A DNA stretch of 64,000 nt. It comes from Octopus sinensis. Taxonomy: Eukaryota. Every line of letters begins with the position of its first letter. Position 1 is the first letter of the stretch. The notes under the pieces were generated by a model. It did not search any database, was not told the origin of the DNA, and was given only the letters and a program-made list of their open reading frames with translations. This document shows, piece after piece, positions 1 through 12,700 of the stretch. The stretch spans positions 70,246,001-70,310,000 of the forward strand of contig NC_043002.1 in the NCBI RefSeq assembly GCF_006345805.1. Reading direction: 5' to 3'. The position numbers and the translations under genes are program-made.

Positions 1-162
1 ACATCCAACTGCCGATGCCATCACCCTATCCCCGCCACAAGAGGTTAAGGGCTTGTTAGCACTTTGCTCGAACATCCACCCAAGTCTACGGATAGAAGGG
101 GCGAGTTACTGTCTTTTACAGCCTGACACTTGTGTGGGTCCCGTACCATACCGACATACCGT

Positions 163-244
163 ACATACATACATGCACGCGCGCGCACACACACGCACAC
201 ATACGCACGCACACACACGCACACACACACTCACACACACATAC

Positions 245-306
<62 letters not shown>

Positions 307-352
307 TATACATATATATACAATATATATAATATATATACATATACTATAT

Positions 353-426
<74 letters not shown>

Positions 427-503
427 CTTAAGGGAGGTAAAAGCTCACATACGCACACATACGCACGCACACACACGCACCACACACACTCACACACACA
501 TAC

Positions 504-554
<51 letters not shown>

Positions 555-622
555 TATACATATATATACTATATATATACATATATATACATACATATAA
601 TATACATACATATATTATATAT

Positions 623-683
<61 letters not shown>

Positions 684-707
684 TATATAATATAGATATA
701 TTTATAT
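163..707. repeat. Compound microsatellite cluster (ACAT, CA, GATA, TA), internally duplicated
   Basis: Visible simple repeats. The block CACATACGCACGCACACAC...(GATA)n...(TA)n-ACTTAAGGGAGGTAAAAGCTCA occurs twice; the 22-mer is at 426-447 and 708-729. Confidence 0.95.
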
Positions 708-708
708 A

Positions 709-917
709 CTTAAGGGAGGTAAAAGCTCATCGATTCTGTACCAACACGCCGAACAGGAACACGGGGATCAATCACCAACATAGAAATTAAAATATTGTCC
801 ACACATAGAACAGATGCAACAATCAGACAAATTACAGAAGCTACACACACAATAGAAGATAAACCTAGCCTGAATGGGGAACTGGAATGGAACACTAGCA
901 CTCACCACAACATATGA
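709..917 (+). mobile_element. Penelope-like element, C-terminal GIY-YIG endonuclease fragment (frameshifted)
   Basis: Manual translation: LKGGKSSSILYQHAEQEHGDQSP / NIEIKILSTHRTDATIRQITEATHTIEDKPSLNGELEWNT, with one frameshift near 777. Matches the PLE pattern S.L..H...H....KIL......R.I.EA..I...KP.LN. Confidence 0.65.
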
Positions 918-1591
918 CGGTAGAGGATCCCCATAAACTGGTTACAATATAAACAAAACCGAAAGCATAATAAATAAAATACACAGATAAATAAACAAAT
1001 AGAAATAAATAACTATATAAGTTTTTTTTTTATTTTGTTTAATTTAAAAGATTTTTATTTTTTATTTTTAATAATTATTACTAGTATTGTTGTTATACAT
1101 ACATACAAGCATACGTAATGATAATAATAATAAGTGGATGTAAACACATGAACAAAATAAGAATAAACAAAAACAACAACAACAAAAACAAATTACACGA
1201 ACGTATATAAACAGAAGATACAAATATTACTGGCATTCTCCCACACACATACACACTAAATAAACATAGACGCACATAGAGATATAAGCATGCGCAAATG
1301 AAGACATACAAGAGAAATACAAAATGGCTGACGGTTAGTAAGGAGAGAACACAAAAAGAAAGAAGAAAACAAGGACCACTGATGCGATCACAGGAGTGTG
1401 ACGAAAGAACTCTGGCCGAAATAAGATAAGATTAATGTAAAAAATATAATAACACTGAGCAAAAACACCAAATATATAGTGCGTGTGTTTTTATTGGCTA
1501 AACTGGCAAAATGACCATTCCGAAAATAAACAATATCTGTTTCAACACACGACATCACATCACATAAACAATCTTGCACAACAAATATATA

Positions 1592-1686
<95 letters not shown>

Positions 1687-2272
1687 TGCAGAAGAAAATG
1701 GTCCACCTGCATCAGTGAAAATGCGGCGGCTAGCTGCGCGCATTTCTGCCTGGTTGGGCTTTATCAATAGCACGTACCGAGTGCCGACCACACGCAAAGA
1801 CGAAATCTAACGCTACCAATACAGGAAAGCAGTGAATGGACAAGCACTGCTACTGCAAATAGCCATCCGGCTGAATGAAATCCGTTATTAGCAAATAAAT
1901 CAGTATTAGATTAAAATAGCCATCTCTGTATCATACGTTATGTAAATACATCTTCCAAAGGCAATGTTGATGCAGTATTCGCCAGGGAAGAATATTTCTT
2001 GCGTTTAAAGGTACAATATATGATATATCGGCAACAGACGATATAAATTAGTCTTGTAAAGGAAACTCAAGAGTGCATCATTTATGTATTCATATGCTGT
2101 ACGTATGACTAATTTATGTCTAGGCACCATATAATGCCGGTAGCTCTCAGACGTTTTAAGTCCTCCAAAATGCAATAGTTCCAGTAGGAGTGCTCGTATG
2201 TATTTTCACTTGCTTGGATAGGAGTTCTTCTCACACACACACATGTAAATATATATATATATATATATATAT

Positions 2273-2420
2273 GTCGGGCCGGGCTTCTTTCAGTTTCTGT
2301 CTACCAATTCCACTCAGGAGGTTGGCCTGGGTCTGTAGTTCAAGATAGGTGCCCAAGGTGCCACGCAGTGGGACTGGACTATATGGTTTGGAAAGTAACA
2401 CGACACAGCCACTCCTTCGC
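2273..2420 (-). mobile_element. tRNA-derived SINE family A, 5' part
   Basis: Reverse complement of GGAGTGGCTGTG...AGTCCCACTGCGTGGCACCTTGGGCA...GGTAGACAGAAACTGAAAGAAGCCC, shared with the copies at 7913 and 8777. Confidence 0.85.
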
Positions 2421-2717
2421 CTGAAAATGACGGACAAGCTTAATCGATATTCGAGCCTTTTTGTTTCCTCATCTGAGATGTCTGTATCACCTGACCACTC
2501 CCAGTCAACGTTTTTATATAAGCAACAAAGCCAACAGATTCGGAGAACTGGGTCTATTAATTTGCATATTATAGGCATTTAACACATATTTAACCCTTAA
2601 TATCAGCAACTTTTCAACTAGGATTTCAGTCCACACAATCTCACCGTATCGTATATGCCACAGAGCCACCCCAAGCTTGACCCTAGTATCTTAGCATCAT
2701 CTAAACGTAATAATCTC

Positions 2718-3075
2718 TTATTACCTCCGCCTTAGCAAAGGCAGAGGCTTTAAGCCGTGTTGGTTTGTTTGTTTGTCTGTGGACAAGATATGTCAAGAAC
2801 CGCTTGATGGATTCGGATGAAACTTTCTGGGATGTTTGGCCTCGTGACTGATTAAATTTTAGGATCGATCCAGTACTGGATAAGGATTCTGGATTATTCT
2901 TCCTGTTTTTTACTTAATTTTTGGGAGCGGTCGGGTTCACTTTTAACATTCTCGTTTGTAAGTGCAGTCGAGTTTATTTCAGATATTCTCATTAAAAAAA
3001 ATCATCTCTGGCTAATCGTTGAGAGGACGTTGGTGCTGCCTTGGGGGAGATTTGCGCACTCTGAGTGGTCTTGTT
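2718..3075 (+). mobile_element. Non-autonomous Helentron-associated element (HINE/DINE-1-like)
   Basis: 5' TTATTACCTCCGCCTT-AGCA-AAGGCAGAGG hairpin, then GTTTGTTTGTCTGT microsatellite, GATGGATTCGGATGAAACTT, and 3' CCTTGGGGGAGATTTGCGCACTCTGAGTG..TTGTTTT. This is the usual HINE layout. Confidence 0.6.
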
Positions 3076-3084
3076 TTTATATTT

Positions 3085-3271
3085 TTCTTTTTTTAGTCAT
3101 TGGAATACGGCCATGCTGGGGCAGCGCCTTGAAGAATTTTAGTCGAAAGAATCGAACCCAGTACTTTTTTTTTCTGTTTAACACTTACTACTAATTCTAT
3201 CGGTCATTTTTACTGAACTGCTAAGTTACGGGGATGTAAACACACCAACACTTGTTGTCAAGCGGTGGTGG
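3085..3271 (-). mobile_element. SINE family A, 3' half
   Basis: Reverse complement of ...GACAACAAGTGTTGGTGTGTTTACATCCCCGTAACTTAGCAGTTCAG...AGGCGCTGCCCCAGCATGGCCG...ATGACT. Confidence 0.8.
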
Positions 3272-3524
3272 AGGAGGAGGAGGGACGACCCCCCCCACAC
3301 ACACACACTGGCGGAAAACAAATACACACGTATACAGCTCGCCGCCTGATAACACATTTTCCCATCAAAACCTACGTTGTTAACATATAATAAGTTTTAC
3401 TATTCCTCCGTAAACTGAGAAAGCGCTCATTTCCTTCCTTTTGTTTGTCCTTGCTCTTTATATATTAACACTTGATGGTCGATTATAATTTATAATACTG
3501 CAGGATGAAAGCCACCTTTTGTTA

Positions 3525-4197
3525 TGAGTACTGTACATACATACATGCATACATACATACATACATACATACATACATACATACATACATACATACAAAG
3601 AAGCGCACATACATACGCACACTCGCACACATAGATAGATGGATAGATAGATAGGTATATAGAGATACATATATGCATAGTTCCGTACAAGCATAAACAT
3701 ATGTCTGTGTGTGTATATATACACATGTATATATGTGTGTGTGTATATCAATTATACAAACACACAGACACACTGATACCTTCCCCCCAAATATATATAC
3801 ACATACACATCTGTATGATTTTCAAACGATAACTGTGAAACACTCACAAAATCACACATATACACGTACACAACATATAACGCACACACACACACACACG
3901 CACATACACACGCATATATTCATTTACGCGCATGCGTGCATTCTCTTCCCCCTATACATCCGTATAATGCACTCTGACAATGCTCTATATTCGTAGACCC
4001 ATACGTTCATAAGTACACGCATGCGCATACATGCACACAACCGCTTACACACACACACACATATATTATATATAACGTACACACACACATATATATGATA
4101 TATGATATATATATATATATATAATATATATATGTAATACAATATATGTGTGGTGTATATATGTGTGTGTGTGCGTATATATATCTATATATATACC

Positions 4198-4236
<39 letters not shown>

Positions 4237-4464
4237 TATATTAATGTATATGCATATATATACATATATACATACATATATATGTGTGTTGTTATATGTA
4301 TATATATATACATATATACATACATATATGTGTGTGCATAAATATATATATATAATCATATATATATACATATATATATATATCATATATATATATATAT
4401 GTGTGGGTGTGTGTGTGTGCTTGTATATATACATTACACAACATACATATATATATGCACGTAC

Positions 4465-4506
<42 letters not shown>

Positions 4507-4530
4507 TATATATATATACACACACACACG
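3525..4530. repeat. Compound (TACA)n/(CA)n/(TA)n/(TG)n microsatellites
   Basis: Directly visible. Confidence 0.95.
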
Positions 4531-4599
4531 AAAAGATGTAAACTAATTAAGTATTAAGCCTATTTATCATACAAATGGAGCTGTCAAAACTTTAGTCTG

Positions 4600-5985
4600 G
4601 ATATTGTTGTTACAGTTGTTGTAGTTGTTTAAGCAGACTTGGAACTCGTTGTTGTCATTGGTCCTTCAGTAGTTGTTGCTGTTGTTGTTATTGTTCTGTA
4701 GGTTGTTGTTGTTGTTGTTGTTGCAGTTTTCCTTTGTTTATCGTAATTTCTTCTTCATCTAGTTGTTGTCGTCGTCGATTTATTTCTTACTTGTTTTCAT
4801 GCTGTTTCGTTTTTTTTTTTTACTGTTTTCTTTTTGCTGGTTATTATTCTTGTTGTTGCTGCCGTCGATGTTAATGTTGTTGTTGTTGTTGTTGTTGTTA
4901 ATTTTCCTGGTGATTTTTTTGTCTTTGTTTTGGCTTCTTGTGTATTGTTTGTTACTTGGCTTTGTTAATTTTTGTTGTTTTTTTTTGCTCAACGTGCGTG
5001 GCGGGAACATAATCATGGTGACGACGACAGCGACGGTGATGATGATGATGATGATGATGATGACAACAGCGATGATGATGATGACAATGATTATAGTGAT
5101 GATGGTGATGACAACATCGACGACGACAACGATGTTGATGATGACGATAATGGGGATGGTGATGATGCTGAAGGTGAAGATTGATGTAGCGGTTCACTTT
5201 CTCGTTATCCTCATCATAATCGTGTTTTTCATCAACGCCATAATTATCAGAGACATCGTCGTCATCATCATCTTCATCATCATCATCATCATCGACATCT
5301 TTGTTGTTGTCACAATCTCCTTCATCCCCATCATCATCACCCCGTCACCACCACCACATCAAACACCACCGCCGCCACCAGCACCACTACCATTATCAAC
5401 ACCAGTGCTACCACCACCACTACCACCAATACTACGACCAGGACCATCAGCATCACCACTACCGCCACCACCACCAGCAACAACATAACCACGACGACGG
5501 CCATAATCACCACCACCACTACTAGCACCACCACCAATACTAATACTTGCATATCAGCACCACCACCACCACCACCACCACCACTACCAGCAAAACCATA
5601 ACCATGACGATGACGGCCATCATCACCCCCACCCCACCACTACCTCTACCCCACCCCACCCCCACTACCTCCATCACCACCACCACCACCATCATCGTCG
5701 TCGTACTGTCGTCATGATGATGGTCATCATCATTGTCGCCGTCGTGGTCTTCGCCGTCGTCGTCATCATCATCATCAACGTCGTCGTTGTCGTCACCATT
5801 ATCATCATCATCATCATTATCATCATAATTACCACCATTGTTACTAGTAAGGTTTCAACTATGATTAAGATTCGCTTCAATCAAACTCACAAATCACAAT
5901 CATCAACACTACCATCATCACTGTCTCGTACACCACCGTTTCCACCACCACCACCACGACCACCACAACCACCACCACCTTTTGT
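4600..5985. repeat. Mosaic trinucleotide low-complexity tract (TTG, GAT/GAC, CAT, CAC/CCA)
   Basis: Directly visible; it generates the poly-L/M/D/H/P ORFs in the track. Confidence 0.9.
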
Positions 5986-6114
5986 TCCTTTAAAAAATCA
6001 AGTTATGCGAAAAAAATGATAAATAAATAACAAGAATAAAAATGGAAAAAATTAAATAGGTTGTAAGCGTTCTCATAATAACAATACTCTTCTCAATACG
6101 TGTGGCGTACCAGG

Positions 6115-6122
6115 TAATAATA

Positions 6123-6161
<39 letters not shown>

Positions 6162-6173
6162 GATGATGATGAT

Positions 6174-6206
<33 letters not shown>

Positions 6207-6225
6207 GATGATGATGATGATGATG

Positions 6226-6320
<95 letters not shown>

Positions 6321-6438
6321 ATAATAATAATAATAATAATTATATGATGATGAATGATGATGATGATGATGATGATGATGATATGAGATAATAATAATAA
6401 TAATAATAATAATAATATATAATAATAATAAAATAATA
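6115..6438. repeat. (TAA)n/(TGA)n tract
   Basis: Directly visible; upstream flank of the LINE at 6439. Confidence 0.95.
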
Positions 6439-7107
6439 ACAGAGTACCTCAACAGGCATGATAGAGCTGCACAATATATTTACTGGGTAATTTGCAAAAA
6501 CCTGGATTTGCCCCATGAAAAAAACTGGTGGGAACACAATCCACCTCCTGTGCTTGAAAATGACCACATCTCACTCCTCTGGAACTTCACCATTCAAACT
6601 GACAGAAAGATAGATGCAAATAGGCCAGACATCATATTGAAATACTTCAGACAAAGAACATGCCTACTCATTGATATGACTGTCCCAATCGATATAAACG
6701 TATCTGTCAAGACCTACCAAAAATTGAGCAAATATAAAGATCTTGAAATAGAAATCAGCAAAATGTGGAACCTGAAGACCAAAACAATACCTGTTGTCAT
6801 AGGTGCCCTGGAAATGATAGCAAAAGGGGCTGATTGCTACCTAACTCAGATACCAGGAAACCCCAAAATGGCAGAAATTCAAAAGATAGTGCTCATAGGA
6901 ACTGTTCATATCCTACGCAAAATACTTTCTATGTAATCTCAAGGTTTAAAACAAACATAATTTTCGGGTTTTTTTTACAACACAAAAAACCCCCAAATAT
7001 ATGGCACACTAGGCATAACAACAACATGAACTTCCAACCTTTTGTCTCTTGAGGACTCTGGATGAGACTTGGAGCCAACTTGTACAAATATAAAGCAAAA
7101 GTCAAAC

Positions 7108-7110
<3 letters not shown>
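6439..7110 (+). mobile_element. Dong/R4-like RLE LINE, 5'-truncated (family 1)
   Basis: EYLNRHDRAAQYIYWVIC...LLWNFTIQTDRKIDANRPDII...LIDMTVP...KLSKYKDL...IPVVIGALE...HILRKILSM* (RHD and PD-(D/E)xK restriction-like endonuclease motifs), stop at 6936. About 175-bp 3' UTR, then a (TAA)n tail; (TAA)n on both sides. Confidence 0.9.
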
Positions 7111-7177
<67 letters not shown>

Positions 7178-7178
<1 letters not shown>

Positions 7179-7347
7179 TAATCCTTTCTACTATAGGCAC
7201 AAGGGCTGAAATTTTGGGGGAGGGGAATACATGATTACATCGACCCAGTGTTTCACTGGTACTTAATTTATCGACCCCAAAAGGATGAAAGGCGGAGTCG
7301 ACCTCAGCGGAATTTGAACTCAGACGAAGCGGTAGATGAAATGCCAT
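7178..7347 (-). mobile_element. SINE family B fragment
   Basis: Reverse complement contains GAGTTCAAATTCCGCTGAGGTCGACTCCGCCTTTCATCCTTTTGGGGTCGATAAATTAAGTACCAGT. Confidence 0.85.
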
Positions 7348-7912
7348 CTTCATATACTACTACTACTAATAATAATAATAATTTATCATTATTGTTATCT
7401 CTTTAGTAGAAAAAGATTATTATCGTTATTATTACTTTCCGTTCCTTTCCCCCACCTCTTCTCCTTTTCATTGTTACTATCTCATCAAACAGGGGATTCA
7501 TTGTCATTATGATAAACAACTTCACATCTTACGAGCGATATTGTTATAAAGCTTATATCGTTAAGCTGATGTGTGAAACTATACAGTCGAAAGCTTTGAG
7601 AAATATAGCTGTTAGATCCTTTTAAAAGATGGGAGGACATGTTAATTAATATAGATATATTAAAGATGCAGAATGACCAGGGAATATCTTAGACTAACAA
7701 CTATATTTTTAACATCTCTTTCTATCCATCGCTGTTAAAGTGTTACGTCTGTTCTTATCTTCATTGAGCACGCTGGTAAAGTGCTAGATCGGAGGTCAAC
7801 TAGATCTGTAATTCCTTACTATTTTTCTTTTTTACCTATGATTCTCTTTGCTTACTGTTTAACTCTGGCGGATCCCCAAGTCCATTCAATATTTAAAATT
7901 TTATTTAGGCAC

Positions 7913-8173
7913 AGGAGTGGCTGTGTAGTAAGTTGCTTGCTTACCAACCACATGGTTCCTGGTTGGGTTCAGTCCCACTGCGTGGCACCTTGGGCAAGTA
8001 TCTTCTACTATAGCCTCGGGCCGACCAAAGCCTTGCGAATGGACTTGGTAGACAGAAACTGAAAGAACCCTTCGTATATGTATATATATATGTATGTATA
8101 TATGTATATATATATATCTTATACATATGTGTGTGTTGTGTGTATGTATGTATATATATATATATATATAAGC

Positions 8174-8224
<51 letters not shown>

Positions 8225-8455
8225 CATATGTATGTGCATGTATATGTTTGTGTGTGTGCGCCCAACATGGCTTAACAACCGATGCTGGTGTGTTTACCTC
8301 CCCGTAACCTAGCAGTTCGGCAAAAGAGACCGATAGAATAAGTACTAGGCTTACAAAGAATAAGTCCTGGGGTTGACTTGCTCGACTAAAGCCGATGCCC
8401 CAGCATGGCCGCAGTCAAAATGACTGAAGCAAGTAGAATAAAAGATAAAAGAAAA
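7913..8455 (+). mobile_element. SINE family A, full length
   Basis: tRNA-like head (GTGTAGTAAG A-box-like, GGTTCAGTCCC B-box-like), CCTTGGGCAAG core, internal (TA/TG)n, 3' CCCCAGCATGGCCGCAGTCAAAATGACTGAAGCAAGTA and an AAAAG-type tail. Confidence 0.9.
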
Positions 8456-8776
8456 GTCACCTCTTACAAAATTCCTATTTTGCTTTTCATCCATTCAGAT
8501 GTGTAGGTTTACAATTACACCCTCTAAGAATGCATGATTCAATGACTCGAAACATGTTTAACATGTTTAGTATTCGAGAAAGAAACCTAGTTGTTTTTTG
8601 CAATAATTACCCCTAAAGCAAGCTTTTTTCATAACCCTTAAAATACTACTGTGGATTCCCAAATTACTATTTTGTTTTGGTGGATCCCTCTAAAATCTTA
8701 TAGGCCTCACCAGAGGTGACATGGAGCCTAGTTGAGAGCCACTCAACTAGATGAGCTGATGTTATTGCATTTATAG

Positions 8777-8948
8777 GCATTGGAGTAGCTGTGTGGTAAG
8801 TAGCTTCCTTACTAACCACATGGTTCCGGGTTCAGTCCCACTACGTGGCACCTTGGGCACGTGTCTTCTACTATAGCCTCGAGCCGACCAAAGCCTTGTG
8901 AGTGGACTTGGTAGACAAACTAAAAGAAGCTCGTCGTATATGTGTGTA

Positions 8949-9002
<54 letters not shown>

Positions 9003-9246
9003 ATATATATGTGTGTGTGGTGTTTGATGTGTGTTTATGTTTGTGTGTCTGTGTTTGTCCCCAACATCGCTTGACAATCGATGCTGGTGGGTGTGTACGT
9101 CCCCCCCGGTTACTAGGCAAAAGAAAACCGAATAGAATACTAGCGGCTTACAAAGAATAAGTCCTGGGGTTGATTTTCTCGACTAAAGGCGGTGCTCCAG
9201 CATGACCACAGTCAAATGACTGAAACAAGGAAAAGAGTAAAAGAGA
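8777..9246 (+). mobile_element. SINE family A, full length
   Basis: Co-linear with 7913-8455. Confidence 0.9.
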
Positions 9247-9287
9247 TATCTCACGGTTCAATTTCTCGATATTACTGTTTCATTTTG

Positions 9288-9691
9288 ATCTCTCAGTGTC
9301 GACTCCTTGTTAAAGTATATCGTGGCGCTCTGTCGGTTGCGACGACGTGGGTTCCAGTTGATTCAATCAGCAGAACAGCCTGATCGTGAAATTAACGGGA
9401 AAGTGGGTGAGCACCCCCAGATACACGTGGACCCTTAATGTAGATCTCAGTGAGATTCAGCGTGACACAGTGTGTGATAAGGGTGGTCCTTTGAAATACA
9501 GGTACAACAGAAACAGTAAGAAAAAGCGAAAGTTGTGGTGAAAGATCACAACAGGGTTCGCCACCTACCCCTGCCGGAACCTCGTGGAGCTTTAAGTGTT
9601 TCCGCTCAATAAACACCCGGTCTGGGAATCGAAACTGTGATCCTATGACTGCAAGTCTGCTACCCTAACCACTGGGTCATTGCGCCTCCAC
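9288..9691 (-). mobile_element. SINE(s) of families C/D (tRNA head GGAGGCGCAATG...AGTGGTTAGGG...TTCGATTCCC)
   Basis: 9560-9691 matches the head at 60430-60615; 9300-9505 matches the 3' body of 63178-63505. Confidence 0.75.
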
Positions 9692-9860
9692 GTTAATATA
9701 TATATAGTGTTTGCTGATTTTAACCCACGCTGGTGGAAAGGGGAGAAAAAGAACATTTTTCTCTTGCATATTTGAGTTAGTTAGCACTGTTAGTTTGGAA
9801 CAGATCTTCAGAGCGATAACAAGCCGAAAGGGTATGCTCCCATTTTCAGTGTTTTCAAAC

Positions 9861-9947
9861 TCAAACAAGGGCATTCTGAGCTGATGAGAGAAGGGTCGAT
9901 TTTGGCTAATCTTGAAACGTACGTACTCAAATAACCTTTGCATTTGA
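9861..9947 (+). ncRNA. Type I hammerhead ribozyme fold, unit 1 (intact core)
   Basis: CTGATGA 9881-9887. Stem II GAGA...TCTT. GAAA 9914-9917. Stem III ACG-TA-CGT. Predicted cleavage after A9925. Stem I TGAG/CTCA, internal loop, CAAGGG/CCTTTG, TCAAA/TTTGA. Confidence 0.8.
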
Positions 9948-10417
9948 TTTTTTAATGTCTCTACCCTCATACTTTCTTGAGTTGAATTGAGCAGAAAGCA
10001 AACACATATGAGAGAGGTTTTCTTTAAGTGTTAGAAATAGTTTTTTTTTAGCTGCTATTTCTAACGAGTTCAGTATGCGGCAAAGTAATTATTTTACTAA
10101 GCCCTTTTATATAATGTAATAATTTGAATTTGCCTTAAATGGTCCCTTTGCATACTGAATACTTGGTGAAATTGATAATTAATAATTAATTTTACCCTCA
10201 ATTGTTGAAATTTATAATTATCTCTCTCTACTTAATTATCTCGGATTTTACCGAAAAAAGCATAGGTGGTTGCTGATTTTAACCCACGCTGGTGGAAAGG
10301 GGAGAACAGAAAATTTTTCTCTTGCATATTTGAGTTAGTTAGCACTGTTAGTTTGGAACAGATCTTCAGAAGCGATAACAAGCCGAAAGGGTATGCTCCC
10401 ATTTTCAGTGTTTCAAC

Positions 10418-10504
10418 TCAAACAAGGGCATTCTGAGCTGATGAGAGAAGGGTCGATTTTGGCTAATCTTGAAACGTACGTACTCAAATAACCTTTGCAT
10501 TTGA
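10418..10504 (+). ncRNA. Type I hammerhead fold, unit 2 (intact core)
   Basis: CTGATGA 10438-10444; GAAACGTACGTA; predicted cleavage after 10482. Confidence 0.8.
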
Positions 10505-10971
10505 TTTTTTAATGTCTCTACCATCATACTTTCTTGAGTTGAATTGAGCAAACACTATATGAGAGAGGTTTTCTTTAAGTGTTAGAAATAGTTTTTTTTT
10601 AGCTGCTATTTCTAACGAGTTCAGTATGCGGCAAAGTAATTTATTTTACTAAGCCCTTTTATATAATGTAATAATTTGAATTTGCCTTAAATGGTCCCTT
10701 TGCATACTGAATACTTGGTGAAATTGATTAATTAATTAATTAATTTTACCCTCAATTGTTGAAATTATAATCATCTCTCTCTACTTAATTATCTCGGATT
10801 TTACCGAAAAAAAAGCATAGTGTTTGCTGATTTAAACCACGCTGGTGGAAAGGGGAGAACAGAAAATTTTTCTCTTGCCTATTTGAGTTAGTTAGCACTG
10901 TTAGTTTGGAACAGATCTTCAGAAGCGATAACAAGCCGAAAGGGTATGCTCCATTTTCAGTGTTTTCAAAC

Positions 10972-11057
10972 TCAAACAAGGGCATTCTGAGCTGATGAGA
11001 GAAGGGTCGATTGGCTAATCTTGAAACGTTACGTACTCAAATAACCTTTGCATTTGA
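10972..11057 (+). ncRNA. Type I hammerhead fold, unit 3 (core intact, loop indels)
   Basis: CTGATGA 10992-10998. Loop 2 is 2 nt shorter. Stem III reads ACGTTACGT. Predicted cleavage after 11035. Confidence 0.7.
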
Positions 11058-11521
11058 TTTTTTAATGTCTCTACCCTCATACTTTCTTGAGTTGAATTGA
11101 GCAAACACTATATGAGAGAGGTTTTCTTTAAGTGTTAGAAATAGTTTTTTTTTAGCTGCTATTTCTAACGAGTTCAGTATGCGGCAAAGTAATTTATTTT
11201 ACTAAGCCCTTTTATATAATGTAATAATTTGAATTTGCCTTAAATGGTCCCTTGCATACTGAATACTTGGTGAAATTGATTAATTAATTAATTAATTTTA
11301 CCCTCAATTGTTGAAATTATAATTCATCTCTCTCTACTTAATTATCTCGGATTTTACCGAAAAAAGCATAGTGTTGCTGATTTTAACCCACGCTGGTGGA
11401 AAGGGGAGAACAGAAAATTTTTCTCTTGCATATTTGAGTTAGTTGCACTGTTAGTTTGGAACAGATCTTCAGAAGCGATAACAAGCCGAAAGGGTATGCT
11501 CCATTTTCAGTGTTTTCAAAC

Positions 11522-11608
11522 TCAAACAAGGGCAATTCTGAGCTGATGAGAGAAGGGTCGATTTTGGCTAATCTTGAAACGTACGTACTCAAATAACCTT
11601 GCATTTGA
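11522..11608 (+). ncRNA. Type I hammerhead fold, unit 4 (intact core)
   Basis: CTGATGA 11543-11549; predicted cleavage after 11587. Confidence 0.78.
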
Positions 11609-12070
11609 TTTTTTAAGTCTCTACCCTCATACTTTCTTGAGTTGAATTGAGCAAACATATATGAGAGAGGTGTTTTCTTTAAGTGTTAGAAATAGTTTTT
11701 TTTTAGCTGCTATTCTAACGAGTTCAGTATGCGGCAAAGTAATTTATTTTACTAAGCCCTTTTATATAATGTAATAATTTGAATTGCCTTAAATGGTCCT
11801 TTGCATACTGAATATGGTGAAATTGATTAATTAATTAATTAATTTTACCCTCAATTGTTGAATTATAATTCATCTCTCTCTACTTAATATCTCGCATGGA
11901 TTTTACCGAAAAAAGCATAGTGTTTGCTGATTTTAACCCACGCTGGTGGAAAGGGGAGAACAGAAAATTTTTCTCTTGCATATTTGAGTTAGTTAGCACT
12001 GTTAGTTTGGAACAGATCTTCAGAAGCGATAACAAGCCGAAAGGGTATGCTCCCATTTTCAGTGTTTCAC

Positions 12071-12156
12071 TCAAACAAGGGCATTTGAGTTGATGAGAGA
12101 AGGGTCGATTTTGGCTAATCTTGAAACGTACGTACTCAAATAACCTTTGCATTTGA
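12071..12156 (+). ncRNA. Hammerhead fold, unit 5 (C3U core change)
   Basis: Core reads TTGATGA at 12090-12096; the rest is conserved. Confidence 0.55.
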
Positions 12157-12615
12157 TTTTTTAATGTCTCTACCCTCATACTTTCTTGAGTTGAATTGAG
12201 CAAACACTATATGAGAGGGTTTCTTTAAGTGTAGAAATAGTTTTTTTTTAGCTGCTATTTCTAACGAGTTCAGATGCGGCAAAGTAATTATTTTACTAAG
12301 CCCTTTTATATAATGTAATAATTTGAATTGCCTTAAATGGTCCCTTTGCATACTGAATACTTGGTGAAATGATTAATTAATTAATAATTTTTACCCTCAA
12401 TTGTTGAAATTATAATTCATTCTCTCTACTTAATTATCTCGGATTTTACCGAAAAAAGCATAGTGTTTGCTGATTTTAACCCACGCTGGTGGAAAGGGGA
12501 GAACAGAAAATTTTTCTCTTGCATATTTGAGTTAGTTAGCACTGTTAGTTTGGAACAGATCTTCAGAAGCGATAACAAGCCGAAAGGGTATGCCCCATTT
12601 TCAGTGTTTTCAAAC

Positions 12616-12700
12616 TCAAACAAGGGCATTCTGAGCTGATAGAGAGGGTCGATTTTGGCTAATCTTGAAACGTACGTACTCAAATAACCTTTGCATTTGA
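12616..12700 (+). ncRNA. Hammerhead fold, unit 6 (G8 missing)
   Basis: Core reads CTGATAGAG, a 1-nt loss that may be a consensus error; the rest is conserved. Confidence 0.5.

Noticed and set aside
1690-1810. GC-rich patch as a coding exon
   Set aside because: No recognisable peptide in any frame and no convincing splice-site pair.
4763-6019. Long ORFs with poly-L/M/D/H/P (also at 50644-51518)
   Set aside because: They come from trinucleotide mosaics open in several frames on both strands, with no domain or splice evidence.
10300-10372. Second, minus-strand hammerhead in the array unit (CTGAAGA...GAAA)
   Set aside because: Stem II is weak and stem I does not pair after the putative cleavage site.
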